DNA of 64,000 bases. It comes from an uncultured delta proteobacterium (lineage in GTDB: Bacteria > Myxococcota > B64-G9). The notes beneath the pieces are model-generated. The model made no database searches, was not told the origin of the DNA, and was given only the letters and a program-made list of their open reading frames with translations. Made by a program: the position numbers and the translations under genes. The DNA is taken from positions 32,001-96,000 of the forward strand of contig CAVWHX010000004.1 in the NCBI GenBank assembly GCA_963754925.1, given 5' to 3'. Below, in pieces: positions 19,469 to 29,710 of this stretch (its first letter is position 1; each line of letters opens with the position of its first letter).

Positions 19469-20899
19469 TCAGAACTCGACATGGAATCGGCACCCAAAAA
19501 ACGTCGCGGGGCCGCGGTCGCGGTTATATGCGGGATTCACGATGAATTGGCCGTCCAGCGTAAACCACAGGCCATTGAAAACCTTGAGCGCGTAGTAGGC
19601 CTCCAGAATCTGCTCCATACCGTAACTGAGCCTGCCGTCACCGATAAAATAACCGAGACCTCCTGCCGCCAAATAATCGCGGTCGGCGTCGGAGATGCCG
19701 TTGACCACATACGCCAAACCAAAGGTGTCTTTCGGTCGTAGCCACAGCGTTCCCTTCATGGTGGCGCCGAAGACGAAGGACAGATCGATTTGCGCGTACG
19801 CGTATTCCTCCGACTGACCGTCACTGTAACTGAATCGCATGAACACCCCGAGATCTCGCGTCAACGCCTGCTCCAGATTGATGCCGAAGATGAGCTTGGA
19901 CCGGTCCTCGCGGACATTCGCGACCGAGGGAATTCCGCCTGACTGTGCGGCCTCTTTGAGCGCGTCGCGATAGCCGCCCATCCGTGCGCGGTTGTGGAAG
20001 AAGTCAAATCGAATGGCGCCCGGCATGCCGCATATAACATGGTCGTGCTCGACTTCGAAGACGTCCCCGAAGTGAATGATGATATTGTAGTCGAGCTGCA
20101 GTCCGTTCGACTGCTTTGGTTGAGCGAATCGGCCGATTCGAAACGCCCAATCGTCATGGTAGTACTCAATCGCGAGGCCCACCGTGTAGCCGCGCGCATC
20201 TGCGGCGAAATCCGAGGCGCCATAGGTCCAGATAGCCCAATTCAAAAAGGAGGTGCGTGGGTCGTGGGAATAGGCGTTTGCGTCGAAGATGTCGGTCACC
20301 GCAAGGTTGCCGATGGTCAGCACCAGCCGACGGCTGGAGACGGCGCCGGCGAACTGGTTGGGGCCGGCCTCGACTGATGAAGACGACCCTCCGAGTGAAA
20401 AGGTCTGGCGCAGAAAAAGCCGCGCCTTGTATAGATCTGGCGTCGGTCCGCCGCCCCTTTGCTCTTCGCCGTTCGTCACTCCGGCCAAGCCGTAAAGGTT
20501 TGAGATATCCTGGTTCTGAATTACCTCGGGGTTGAAGAAGATCTCCGCGCCGATCCAGGGCCTGAACCCGAGAAAAACCGTGCCGGTCAGCGTGTAACCG
20601 GTCTCGGCCTTGGTCAGGAGGCTGTGGGGTCCGGTATATTTCGCGTTGAGGGGAGGTTTGCGCTGCCAAATATAGGTCGTCTGGAAATTGAGCTGCCAGT
20701 TCTTTGGGTCCAGCGGCGAGTAGAACGGCCCCCATTTCTTGGGCGCGACCGGCGTCGCAGCGGCGGTGTCCGTAACCGCGGCGGCCGGGGATGACGTATT
20801 CGTAGCCGCGTTATCGGAGGCGTCATCGTTTGCAGCCTTAACGGTTGCACCGATGATTGCGGCCAAACCGAGCACAATGATTGTGATCCAACGCGTCAT
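19469..20899 (-). CDS. OprB-family porin (carbohydrate/high-affinity metal porin, MnoP-like)
   Basis: Signal peptide, FLGFRPW.GAEIFFNPE, ARLFLRQT, DIFD.N.YSHDPR..FLNW, NPAYNRDRGP, terminal F. Confidence 0.8.
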   Translation of the reverse strand: MTRWITIIVLGLAAIIGATVKAANDDASDNAATNTSSPAAAVTDTAAATPVAPKKWGPFYSPLDPKNWQLNFQTTYIWQRKPPLNAKYTGPHSLLTKAETGYTLTGTVFLGFRPWIGAEIFFNPEVIQNQDISNLYGLAGVTNGEEQRGGGPTPDLYKARLFLRQTFSLGGSSSSVEAGPNQFAGAVSSRRLVLTIGNLAVTDIFDANAYSHDPRTSFLNWAIWTYGASDFAADARGYTVGLAIEYYHDDWAFRIGRFAQPKQSNGLQLDYNIIIHFGDVFEVEHDHVICGMPGAIRFDFFHNRARMGGYRDALKEAAQSGGIPSVANVREDRSKLIFGINLEQALTRDLGVFMRFSYSDGQSEEYAYAQIDLSFVFGATMKGTLWLRPKDTFGLAYVVNGISDADRDYLAAGGLGYFIGDGRLSYGMEQILEAYYALKVFNGLWFTLDGQFIVNPAYNRDRGPATFFGCRFHVEF

Positions 20900-20935
20900 G
20901 TGTATTCCCTCGCTGTTTGAGCAATATGCAACGCG

Positions 20936-20967
20936 CAAATTAACATCGGTTAACTAATATGTCAACC
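20936..20967 (-). promoter_or_regulatory. Sigma70-like promoter/operator upstream of the porin gene
   Basis: Minus strand TTGACA-17 nt-TAATTT: GGTTGACATATTAGTTAACCGATGTTAATTTG. Confidence 0.55.
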
Positions 20968-21292
20968 TAGATCAATACTGAGGCATCCCTCCCAAACAAC
21001 TAAACCCGTTCTACCGAGAGCCACTGAAACAGTTTCAAAAAACTCCAGCGAAATCGCATCAGGTGATATTGACCGAGTATACCGTCGCTGGGTGGCGGCC
21101 TGATGATAACGGCGCCGCTCTGAAACCGCAATTCATAACCGTGCCTTCTGGCTTTTCTACGCGAAGTGGCCGCTATCGCATCATTGTTATTGCCCAGGGG
21201 AAAACATGCTCGGGCACTTGGAATCCCGTGAAAGGTAGGTTACACTGCACAGCGCATGGCGACTGGTAATGGTCTTGTATCGAGGAGATCCG

Positions 21293-22978
21293 ATGGCACA
21301 TCAGTTCATCTATACCGTGCAGCGCTTGCATAAGTTCGTGCCGCCTAACCGCGCCGTGATCAAGAATCTTACCCTCGCCTTTTTTCCGGGGGCTAAGATT
21401 GGGGTGATTGGCGGCAACGGCGCCGGCAAGAGCTCGCTGCTGCGCATTCTTGCGGGTGTGGATAAGGACTTCCAAGGCGAGACCTGGCACCCGCCTGAGA
21501 TCAGCATCGGTTATTTGCCTCAGGAGCCGCAGCTCGATCCGACCAAAGACGTGCGCGGCAATGTCATGGAGGCGGTGGCAACCACTAAGGCGCTCCTGAT
21601 TCGTTTTGATGAGCTGAACGCCAAGCTCGCCGAAAATTTACCCCCGGATCAGATGGACGCCGTCATGAAGGAATATGGCAAGGTCCAAGATGCGATCGAG
21701 GCTGCTTCCGCCTGGGATCTCGACACCACCATAGACATCGCCATGGACGCGCTGCGGCTTCCGCCCGGTGATGCAGCGGTGACCACGCTATCGGGCGGGG
21801 AACGCCGCCGCGTGGCTTTGTGCCGTGTTCTTCTGGCCAGGCCCGATTTATTGTTGCTGGACGAACCGACCAATCACCTCGATACCGAAAGCGTGGCGTG
21901 GCTCGAGCACCACCTGCAGGAGTATCCGGGCACGGTCATATCGGTCACCCACGACCGGTATTTCCTCGACAATGTCGCCGGTTGGATCTTGGAGATGGAT
22001 CGCGGCGAGGGCATCCCCTGGAAGGGCAACTACTCCTCGTGGCTTGACCAGAAACAGAAGCGGTTAGAGATGGAGGAAAAGCAAATCTCGGCCCGACGGC
22101 GGACGTTGATGCGCGAGCTCGAGTGGGTGCGCATGAGCGCGGTGGCCCGTCAAGCCAAGAGCAAGGCCCGGCTGCAGGCCTATGAAAAGCTCTTTGCCGA
22201 AGATCAAGCGGCCGAAGCGCGCGAATCCACCCTGGAGATAACCATTCCACCGGGACCGCGCCTGGGCGACGAAGTAGTGGAAGCCCGAGGTCTGAGTAAG
22301 GGTTTTGGCGACCGATTGTTGATCGATAGCCTCAGTTTTCGACTGCCGCCCGGAGGAATTGTCGGCGTGATCGGCGCCAACGGCACCGGCAAGACGACCC
22401 TCTTTCGCATGATAAACGGCGATGAGCAGCCGGATGCCGGAACCCTGAAAATCGGCTCGACGGTCAAGCTCTCCTACGTTGACCAAAATCGAGACGCCCT
22501 CGACGGCGCAAAAACCGCCTGGGAAGAGATCTCGAGCGGCAGCGATTTCTTTGAGGCGGCCGGGCGTCGCATCAATTCGCGGGCGTACGCCTCGAGCTTT
22601 GGGTTTCGCGGTTCCGATCAACAAAAACCCGTGGCCGGCCTTTCGGGAGGGGAGCGCAACCGTCTGCACCTGGCGAAACTCATCCGCAACGGCGGCAACC
22701 TGTTGCTGCTCGATGAGCCGACCAACGATCTCGACGTCGACACCCTACGGGCGCTTGAGGAAGGGTTGATTAATTTTGCGGGTTGTGTGGTGGTCATCAG
22801 CCACGACCGTTGGTTTCTGGACCGCATCGCCACCCACATCCTGGCCTTTGAGGGCAATAGCCGGGTGGTTTGGTTTGAAGGCAACTACCAACAGTACGAG
22901 GCCGACCGCCGTCGCCGGCTGGGCGCCGAGGCCGAACAGCCGCATCGGGTGAAATACAAAAAGTTGATCCGTGGATAA
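21293..22978 (+). CDS. ettA: Energy-dependent translational throttle ABC-F ATPase
   Basis: FFPGAKIGV.G.NGAGKS, two ABC cassettes, ELEWVR...RQAKSKAR linker, PHRVKYKK end; GAGGAG RBS. Confidence 0.95.
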   Translation: MAHQFIYTVQRLHKFVPPNRAVIKNLTLAFFPGAKIGVIGGNGAGKSSLLRILAGVDKDFQGETWHPPEISIGYLPQEPQLDPTKDVRGNVMEAVATTKALLIRFDELNAKLAENLPPDQMDAVMKEYGKVQDAIEAASAWDLDTTIDIAMDALRLPPGDAAVTTLSGGERRRVALCRVLLARPDLLLLDEPTNHLDTESVAWLEHHLQEYPGTVISVTHDRYFLDNVAGWILEMDRGEGIPWKGNYSSWLDQKQKRLEMEEKQISARRRTLMRELEWVRMSAVARQAKSKARLQAYEKLFAEDQAAEARESTLEITIPPGPRLGDEVVEARGLSKGFGDRLLIDSLSFRLPPGGIVGVIGANGTGKTTLFRMINGDEQPDAGTLKIGSTVKLSYVDQNRDALDGAKTAWEEISSGSDFFEAAGRRINSRAYASSFGFRGSDQQKPVAGLSGGERNRLHLAKLIRNGGNLLLLDEPTNDLDVDTLRALEEGLINFAGCVVVISHDRWFLDRIATHILAFEGNSRVVWFEGNYQQYEADRRRRLGAEAEQPHRVKYKKLIRG

Positions 22979-22990
22979 AGGATCAGGGGC

Positions 22991-24319
22991 GTGGCTACAA
23001 CACACAGGGCCGCTGCGAAAGAGATCTTCGGGTGGGCGATGTTTGACTTTGCCAACTCGTCCTACACGACGGTCATTATTTCGGTCGTTTACGGTGTCAT
23101 TTTCCCTAAAATCATCGTGGGAGACGGTCCCGATTATCGGTTGGGCAACCTGCTGTGGAGTACGGCGCTTTCGATAAGCTATCTGGTCGTGCTGGTGTCC
23201 GCACCGCTGTGCGGCGCCATCATGGATTTTTCGGCGACCAAAAAAAAGTTTCTTTTCGCCAGTTGTATTCTGACGGTGGTCGCGTCGGCGGCTCTCTTTT
23301 TTGTCTCTCCGGGCGCTATCACCCTCGGAATGCTGTGCATTATCGTATCGAATATCGGCTTTTCCCTGAGCGAGTCGTTTGTATCGAGCTTCCTGCCCGA
23401 CCTCGGACCGCGCGAGGATCTCGGCAAGATCTCCGGGTATGCTTGGAGTCTGGGATACTTTGGGGGGCTTTCGTCGACGGCGATTGTCTTGTTCGGACTG
23501 GGCGCGCTTACGGCCGATAATTTCGGCAACCTTCGATGGGTCGGGCCTATCACCGGCGGCTTCTTTTTTATCGCCTCGATACCAACCTTCTTGTGGCTCA
23601 ACGAGCGAGGGATAGGCCAGCACCTTCCCCGGGGAGAAACCTATATCTCTATCGGATTGAAACGGCTGAAAAAAACCATCGCCGATATCCGGGACTATCG
23701 AGATTTGGCGATACTGTTGCTTTCCTTTCTCTTTTCCTACGCCGGCCTCTCAATCGTCATCAGTTTTGCATTCATCTATGGCGATCAGGTGATTCACTGG
23801 ACGCCCATGGCTCAACTATTGATGTTTGTTCTTACGCAACTGACCGCCGCTGCGGGAGCATTCATATTCGGGTTTGTCCAGGACACCTGGGGAACCAAAA
23901 AGACCTATGCACTGACCCTGGTCATGTGGGTTATTGCCATCGTTCTTATTGCCGAGGTTGACGACATCACGAACACTATAAACAGTCTGTTAGCGAGTTC
24001 ATTGAAAGTGCAAACGGTATTCTTGGTTATTGGATCCCTTGCCGGATTGGGTTTGGGCGCCACCCAGTCGTCATGTCGCGCCTTGGTCGGCCTTTTTTCG
24101 CCTGAATCGAAATCCGGTGAATTTTTCGGTTTATGGGGGCTTTCCGGCAAGGTTGCCTCCATCATTGGGTTGCTTGGCCTGGGTTTTCTTCAATCTGCGT
24201 TAGGCTTGAAGAAAGCCATAGCTATTTGCGCGGCATTTTTTGTTATCGCCATTGTCTTCAATCTATTTGTCGACGAAAAGCGGGGGCGGCAGACCGCGCA
24301 AGAACACGAGGGAGAATAA
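22991..24319 (+). CDS. MFS transporter (UMF1/Atg22-like)
   Basis: WAMFDFANS, GKISGYAW.LGYFGG, SGEFFGLW. Confidence 0.85.
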   Translation: MATTHRAAAKEIFGWAMFDFANSSYTTVIISVVYGVIFPKIIVGDGPDYRLGNLLWSTALSISYLVVLVSAPLCGAIMDFSATKKKFLFASCILTVVASAALFFVSPGAITLGMLCIIVSNIGFSLSESFVSSFLPDLGPREDLGKISGYAWSLGYFGGLSSTAIVLFGLGALTADNFGNLRWVGPITGGFFFIASIPTFLWLNERGIGQHLPRGETYISIGLKRLKKTIADIRDYRDLAILLLSFLFSYAGLSIVISFAFIYGDQVIHWTPMAQLLMFVLTQLTAAAGAFIFGFVQDTWGTKKTYALTLVMWVIAIVLIAEVDDITNTINSLLASSLKVQTVFLVIGSLAGLGLGATQSSCRALVGLFSPESKSGEFFGLWGLSGKVASIIGLLGLGFLQSALGLKKAIAICAAFFVIAIVFNLFVDEKRGRQTAQEHEGE

Positions 24320-24329
24320 AGGTCCTGGG

Positions 24330-25190
24330 ATGGACGAACTTCTTTACCACGGAACCCTCAAGCACGAGCGGGGAATATCATATATAGAAGGATCCGACGG
24401 CACTCATTACCTCCAATCAGAGACGATCTGGGATGGATATGTGCGACACTGGCTTGGGAAAAAGGTCAGTGCTCGATTTTTGCAGCAAAAGGATTATGAA
24501 ACCGGACGGAATATTCTGGTTCTGTGGCCTTTCAAGGAACGGCCAAGGGCGCCGTTTGTTGAACTGTACTACAATGAACGGCTCGTCAAGTATCCGATAT
24601 CATCATTCGGACACATGGCAATCAACGTCAATGGAGCGATTTATAATTTTGCCAACCTTATCAATGAAAACGAACTCCTCTCTGAGGAAGAATACTTCTT
24701 TCGTCCGGCGCTCGGCGAGTTTGCGCCCGATCCAAAAAACGGACGCTGCAATGTTCGTGACAGCCACCGCCCCTATTACGATAAATTCGGCAGACGTTTC
24801 ATGCGATCGATCCACGTCCTTCACCTCGAGGGCATCAACAACGATCCTCTTGACCGTTATTTCAACATGGCGTTGCGGGAAAGACTCAATACACCCGATC
24901 TAAAACATCCGAACAAATATCGCGATTTCGGCATAGTTAGGAATAATTGCGTAACTATCATTCGCGATGGACTTCGGGCTTACGGATTTAAAAACATCAA
25001 AGGAATTCTTCCACGAGAGTTATTTATCAATGCGGCCTACCATATGTTAACGTTAGATGGGCGTAACGGCATGCGGGTGAACCTTTTTCGGTTGCCACAA
25101 CTCAAGGTTCCCGAAGCCCCGTATAGCGCGCTTTCAGCTATCGTGAATCCCGTCAATAGAATATTGGTGCGAACGCTCCCAGGGTATTAA
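24330..25190 (+). CDS. Hypothetical protein, possible permuted papain-like domain
   Basis: FGHMAI...YNF followed by Y....NNCVT; ATG at 24330. Confidence 0.6.
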   Translation: MDELLYHGTLKHERGISYIEGSDGTHYLQSETIWDGYVRHWLGKKVSARFLQQKDYETGRNILVLWPFKERPRAPFVELYYNERLVKYPISSFGHMAINVNGAIYNFANLINENELLSEEEYFFRPALGEFAPDPKNGRCNVRDSHRPYYDKFGRRFMRSIHVLHLEGINNDPLDRYFNMALRERLNTPDLKHPNKYRDFGIVRNNCVTIIRDGLRAYGFKNIKGILPRELFINAAYHMLTLDGRNGMRVNLFRLPQLKVPEAPYSALSAIVNPVNRILVRTLPGY

Positions 25191-25305
25191 CCAATCGCCC
25201 TTCCCGTCGCCGATACGAGACCTGTTAACAACAATTAATAAACACAGCCATTGACCATAATTCAACGGTAGGTGAAGGCTGTGGTAGAGGTAAAAAAAGT
25301 AATGG

Positions 25306-27423
25306 TTAGATAGGTTGTTTGAGAAACAACATCTCGGCGTAGGTTGGCAGGGGCCATAGTTCCCTATCAACAATCTTTTCGAGTTCGTCGGCTGCCTGCC
25401 GAACCGCCTGCATGGCTGGAACCACCTTTTTATTGCATCCAGCGGCTTTTTTGGGAACATCTTTGATGCTGTTTGTTGCCGACAGAGTGTTTTCAAGCTC
25501 ATCGATAGTGCGGTTGAGGAGGCTTATTAACCCACAGACTTTCTCGAGCATGGACTTCTGCGTATCGGCGGCCAGGCCCGCATTATTGATTTCTACCACG
25601 ACGCTTGCCAATCGACCGGAGTAAGTAGCCACCGCGGGGAGTATCTGGCGTTTTGCCATATGCAATGTGGTCAATGCTTCGATATTAATCGTCTTGCTGT
25701 AAATCTCATAAAGAATTTCAGTGCGCGCATGCAGTTCCGCTTTGGTCAACACGCCGTGTTTGCTAAAAAGCTCAACGTTTTCTTTGTCCATAATGGTGCC
25801 TACGGATTCAGGCGTTGACCGTATGTTCGGCAGTCCCCGCGATTGCGCCTCCTCGGTCCACTCGCTCACGTAGTTGTCGCCGTTGTAAATGATCCGTTTG
25901 TGCTCATTGGCGATCCGCCGCAGGATTTTCTGGATTGAGTTCTCCACGTCTTTGGCTTTTTCTAATTCATCGGCTATTTCTAACAATACGTCGGCAACCA
26001 TGGTGTTGAGGGTAAACATCGGACCAGAGGTAGACTGGGAGGAACCAACCATCCGAAACTCAAATTTGTTGCCGGTGAAAGCAAACGGCGAGGTGCGGTT
26101 GCGATCAGTGCTGTCTTTCGGCAGGTGGGGCATGGTCGAAACACCGAGTTTGAGAATGCCGCCGGATTTGGATGACTTGGCGCCGCCGGAGGCAAGTTGC
26201 TCGATGATGTCCGTCAGTTGGTCTCCCAAAAAGATGGAGACGATCGCCGGCGGCGCTTCGTTGGCGCCGAGACGATGCTCATTACCGACATTGGCTACGC
26301 TGGCCCGTAAAATTTTCGCATATTTATCCACCGCGCGGATCACGGCGCACAGAAACACCAAAAAGACCATATTATCGTGGGGGGTGTTGCCCGGATCGAG
26401 CAAATTGAAGCCGTCGTCGGTAACCATGCTCCAGTTATTGTGTTTGCCTGAACCATTGATGCCCGTAAAAGGTTTTTCGTGCAACAAACAAACCATGCCA
26501 TGGTGCAATGCCACGCGTTGCAGCAATTCCATCACCAGTTGATTGTGGTCGGTGGCGACATTAACGGTCGTAAAGACCGGGGCCAGCTCATATTGAGAGG
26601 GAGCGACTTCATTATGTTGTGTCTTCGAGGCAACCCCCAATTTCCAAAGCTCTATATTGACTTCGTTCATGAACGACGCCACGCGCTCATGGAGCGTCCC
26701 AAAATAGTGATCCTCCATTTCCTGACCTCGTGGCGAAGCTGCGCCGAAAAGTGTCCGGCCCGTCAGGACGAGATCCATGCGCTTTTCAAAAAATGATCGA
26801 TCGATCAGAAAATACTCCTCTTCGGGACCAAGCGTGGCCTCTACCCGTTTCGATGTCGTATTGCCCAGGATGCGCAGGATGCGTAGCGCCTGTTTACTGA
26901 GAGCATCCATGGACCGCAGCAAAGGCGTCTTCTTATCCAACGCCTGGCCGGTATAGGAACAAAAAGCGCACGGTATATAAAGAGTCTTGTTATTGCCTTG
27001 TTCCTTGACAAAAACCGGCGAGGTGCAATCCCACGCCGTATATCCACGCGCTTCAAAAGTCGTCCGTAGCCCACCCGATGGAAACGACGAGGCATCCGGT
27101 TCGCCTTTGATCAGCTCCTTGCCGCTAAACTCCATGATGGTTCGTCCATCGGGGGTGGGTGAAATGAAAGCGTCTTGCTTTTCGGCGGTCAGGCCGGTCA
27201 TGGGTTGAAACCAATGGCAGAAATGGGTAGCGCCCTTCTCGATAGCCCAATCCTTCATCGCATTGGCAATCACATCAGCGACTGCCGGCTCAAGCGCTTG
27301 TTCGCCGCTGATGGTTTGTCGAAAAGATTTATAAATGTTCTTGGGCAGCCGCTCGCGCATCATCGCATCATTGAATACATTGGATCCGAAGATATTAGGA
27401 ATGGTTTCAAAGGATTCACTCAT
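25306..27423 (-). CDS. glnN: Glutamine synthetase type III
   Basis: HWFQPMTG.TAEK.D, GEPDASSFPSGGLR.TFEARGYTAWD, HRLGANEAPPAI, DRNRTSPFAFTGNKFEFR, WPLPTY. Confidence 0.95.
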   Translation of the reverse strand: MSESFETIPNIFGSNVFNDAMMRERLPKNIYKSFRQTISGEQALEPAVADVIANAMKDWAIEKGATHFCHWFQPMTGLTAEKQDAFISPTPDGRTIMEFSGKELIKGEPDASSFPSGGLRTTFEARGYTAWDCTSPVFVKEQGNNKTLYIPCAFCSYTGQALDKKTPLLRSMDALSKQALRILRILGNTTSKRVEATLGPEEEYFLIDRSFFEKRMDLVLTGRTLFGAASPRGQEMEDHYFGTLHERVASFMNEVNIELWKLGVASKTQHNEVAPSQYELAPVFTTVNVATDHNQLVMELLQRVALHHGMVCLLHEKPFTGINGSGKHNNWSMVTDDGFNLLDPGNTPHDNMVFLVFLCAVIRAVDKYAKILRASVANVGNEHRLGANEAPPAIVSIFLGDQLTDIIEQLASGGAKSSKSGGILKLGVSTMPHLPKDSTDRNRTSPFAFTGNKFEFRMVGSSQSTSGPMFTLNTMVADVLLEIADELEKAKDVENSIQKILRRIANEHKRIIYNGDNYVSEWTEEAQSRGLPNIRSTPESVGTIMDKENVELFSKHGVLTKAELHARTEILYEIYSKTINIEALTTLHMAKRQILPAVATYSGRLASVVVEINNAGLAADTQKSMLEKVCGLISLLNRTIDELENTLSATNSIKDVPKKAAGCNKKVVPAMQAVRQAADELEKIVDRELWPLPTYAEMLFLKQPI

Positions 27424-27678
27424 AATCTATCTCCCTGGTTGAGGTTAATGTGTATGTTCATTCCGTTAACGTTCGCTTGACATCCCGACACCCATGGAAT
27501 GTATAGGAATTTCAAAGGTACTTTTCTTTCGGCACTCACGTAATTTTACACTGCGCCCCCTTTAGCCTAGGGTTTAGACTAACTACTCTTAATTCAGTCT
27601 CCCGTCAATGATTGGAAATGATTCTCGAGGCTAGGGGATGGCAGCGACTCTTTCGCGCACTATTGAAAGGTCTGATGG

Positions 27679-29162
27679 CTAAATATCAAAATAGAGGTAG
27701 AATTCGTACGGATGCGGGCGCATTCTTACCGCGTCGATTTCTTTTTTGCGCTTGTACTCCAGCCATACATCTAAAACATCCTGGGTGAATACTTCTCCTT
27801 GCAACAAGTACTTACTGTCTTGCTCCAAACAGTTTAAAGCGGTGTACAGCGAACCGGGAACGGTGGGAATGTCCTTCAATTCTTTTTCACTAAGCTCGAA
27901 CAAATCTTTGTCCAAGGGATCGCCAGGATCAATTTTATTTTTTATACCGTCAAGGCCGGCCATAAGCATCGCGCTAAATGCCAGATACGGGTTACAAGCC
28001 GGATCCGGCGGACGAAACTCTATCCGCTTCGACTTAGGATTGTCGGTATACATCGGAATACGCACCGCGGCCGAACGATTGCGCGCCGAATAAACTAAAT
28101 TAACCGGCGCCTCGTATCCGGGCACCAACCGTTTGTAAGAGTTGGTGGTGGGAGCGCAAAAAGCCATAAGACTCGCGGCGTGCTTGAGCAGTCCGCCGAT
28201 ATAATATTTGGCCATCTGGCTTAACAGCGCATATCCGTTTTTATCAAAGAACAGATTGGCCCCGTTTTTCCAAAGACTCTGATGGCAATGCATACCCGAA
28301 CCATTATCGGCAAAAAGCGGCTTGGGCATAAAGGTAGCCACCATATTGTTCTTCTTGGACATGTTCTTGACGATATATTTGTACAAGAGAAGGTTATCCG
28401 CCATCTTGGTCAATTTGCCATACTTCATGTCAATCTCGCACTGACCGGCGGTCGCCACCTCATGGTGATGGACTTCCACATCAATCCCGGACTCGATCAT
28501 TTTCAGGATTATCCTGCTTCTTAGATCCTGTATCGAATCGTGCGGCGGCACGGGAAAATAACCCTCCTTAAATCGTATTTTGTATCCCAGGTTGGGTTTT
28601 TCATCCCGGCCGGTATTCCAATCCCCTTCGTCGGAATCGATGAAGTAGTAACTGGAATTCTCAGTCTGGTCGAAACGCACGCTATTAAAAATGAAGAATT
28701 CCGCCTCCGGGCCGAAATAAACCTCATCGGCAATGCCCGAAGCTTTGAGATACATCTCGGCTTTTTTGGCAATATATCGCGGGTCGCGGCTATACGGTTT
28801 ACGAGATACCGGATCATAAATATCGCAAATGATACTTAACGTCGGCACTTCGCAAACGGGATCAACAATTGCGGTCGATGGATCAGGAATCAGAAGCATA
28901 TCGGACTCCTGAATTTTTTGAAAACCGCGAATAGACGAACCGTCAAAGCCGATACCGTCAACCCAAATGGACCGGGAAATATCATCCATCCCTGCTATCA
29001 ATTCAGAAGCCGGAATGGAAAAATGTTGCCATAATCCGGGCAGATCGTTGAATTTCAGATCAACAATTTTAATATCTTTATCCTTTATCAGCTTTGCTAC
29101 ATCGCGGACCGCCTTTTCGTTAAAACTCTCATTGGTCGATCCTTAACATTTTTGTTTGGCAT
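27679..29162 (-). CDS. glnA: Glutamine synthetase type I (apparent frameshift near 29145)
   Basis: [43 protein letters not shown]. Frame extends upstream through [16 protein letters not shown]; the RBS-preceded ATG at 29162 is one base out of frame. Confidence 0.93.
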
Positions 29163-29335
29163 TTTGATCTCCTTCATTGAGCGCATCCCGCCTTGGCGGG
29201 ATTGACTGCGTCAACTTGGTTCGAGGTATTGCCAAAGACATGCAAAACGCGCAGCGCCTGTCTATTCAGAACATCCATGAATCATAAAAAAATCCCTACT
29301 GCCTCCGAACTACGGCTTCCGGCTTTCATCCGGAT

Positions 29336-29352
29336 TGCAATAAATAAGCCAA
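29336..29352 (-). promoter_or_regulatory. Sigma54 (-24/-12) promoter for glnA
   Basis: Minus strand TTGGCTTATTTATTGCA, i.e. GG-N10-GC. Confidence 0.75.
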
Positions 29353-29427
29353 CGTTACGCCACATACTAACAAACCGATCATCAATTATTTTTTTGCAGG
29401 CGTCTCAATATCTGGTTTGATTATGAG

Positions 29428-29470
29428 TTACAAAAACGTATACCTAATGAATATAATCTACAATATTGTA
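29428..29470. promoter_or_regulatory. Candidate enhancer (UAS) pair, YTACA-N4-YGT
   Basis: TTACAAAAACGTA (29428) and CTACAATATTGTA (29458), 30 bp apart; third copy CTACATTTTTGTTA at 29660. Confidence 0.5.
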
Positions 29471-29710
29471 TTAAAAAACTGTGATAGTCTTTTATGGCTA
29501 CCCAACCTACGTTCTGCTCATTCAGGCACTATGCCCTTGGTATCGCATTAACCCATTATCGGTTCTGGGTTTTCTCGTCATCGGCAATAACATAAATATA
29601 TTAAATATACTCTTGTAGTTGCCTGTTTTCGATTGTTGTATTCTTCTCTTGCATGCCGTCTACATTTTTGTTATCTCCCACTTGAAGATGGCTACCATGA
29701 AAGGAACTGC

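Noticed and set aside
29140..29165. Programmed frameshift or leader-peptide control at the glnA start
   Set aside because: One missing A restores MPNKNVKGSTNESF, and the same error type recurs across the window.
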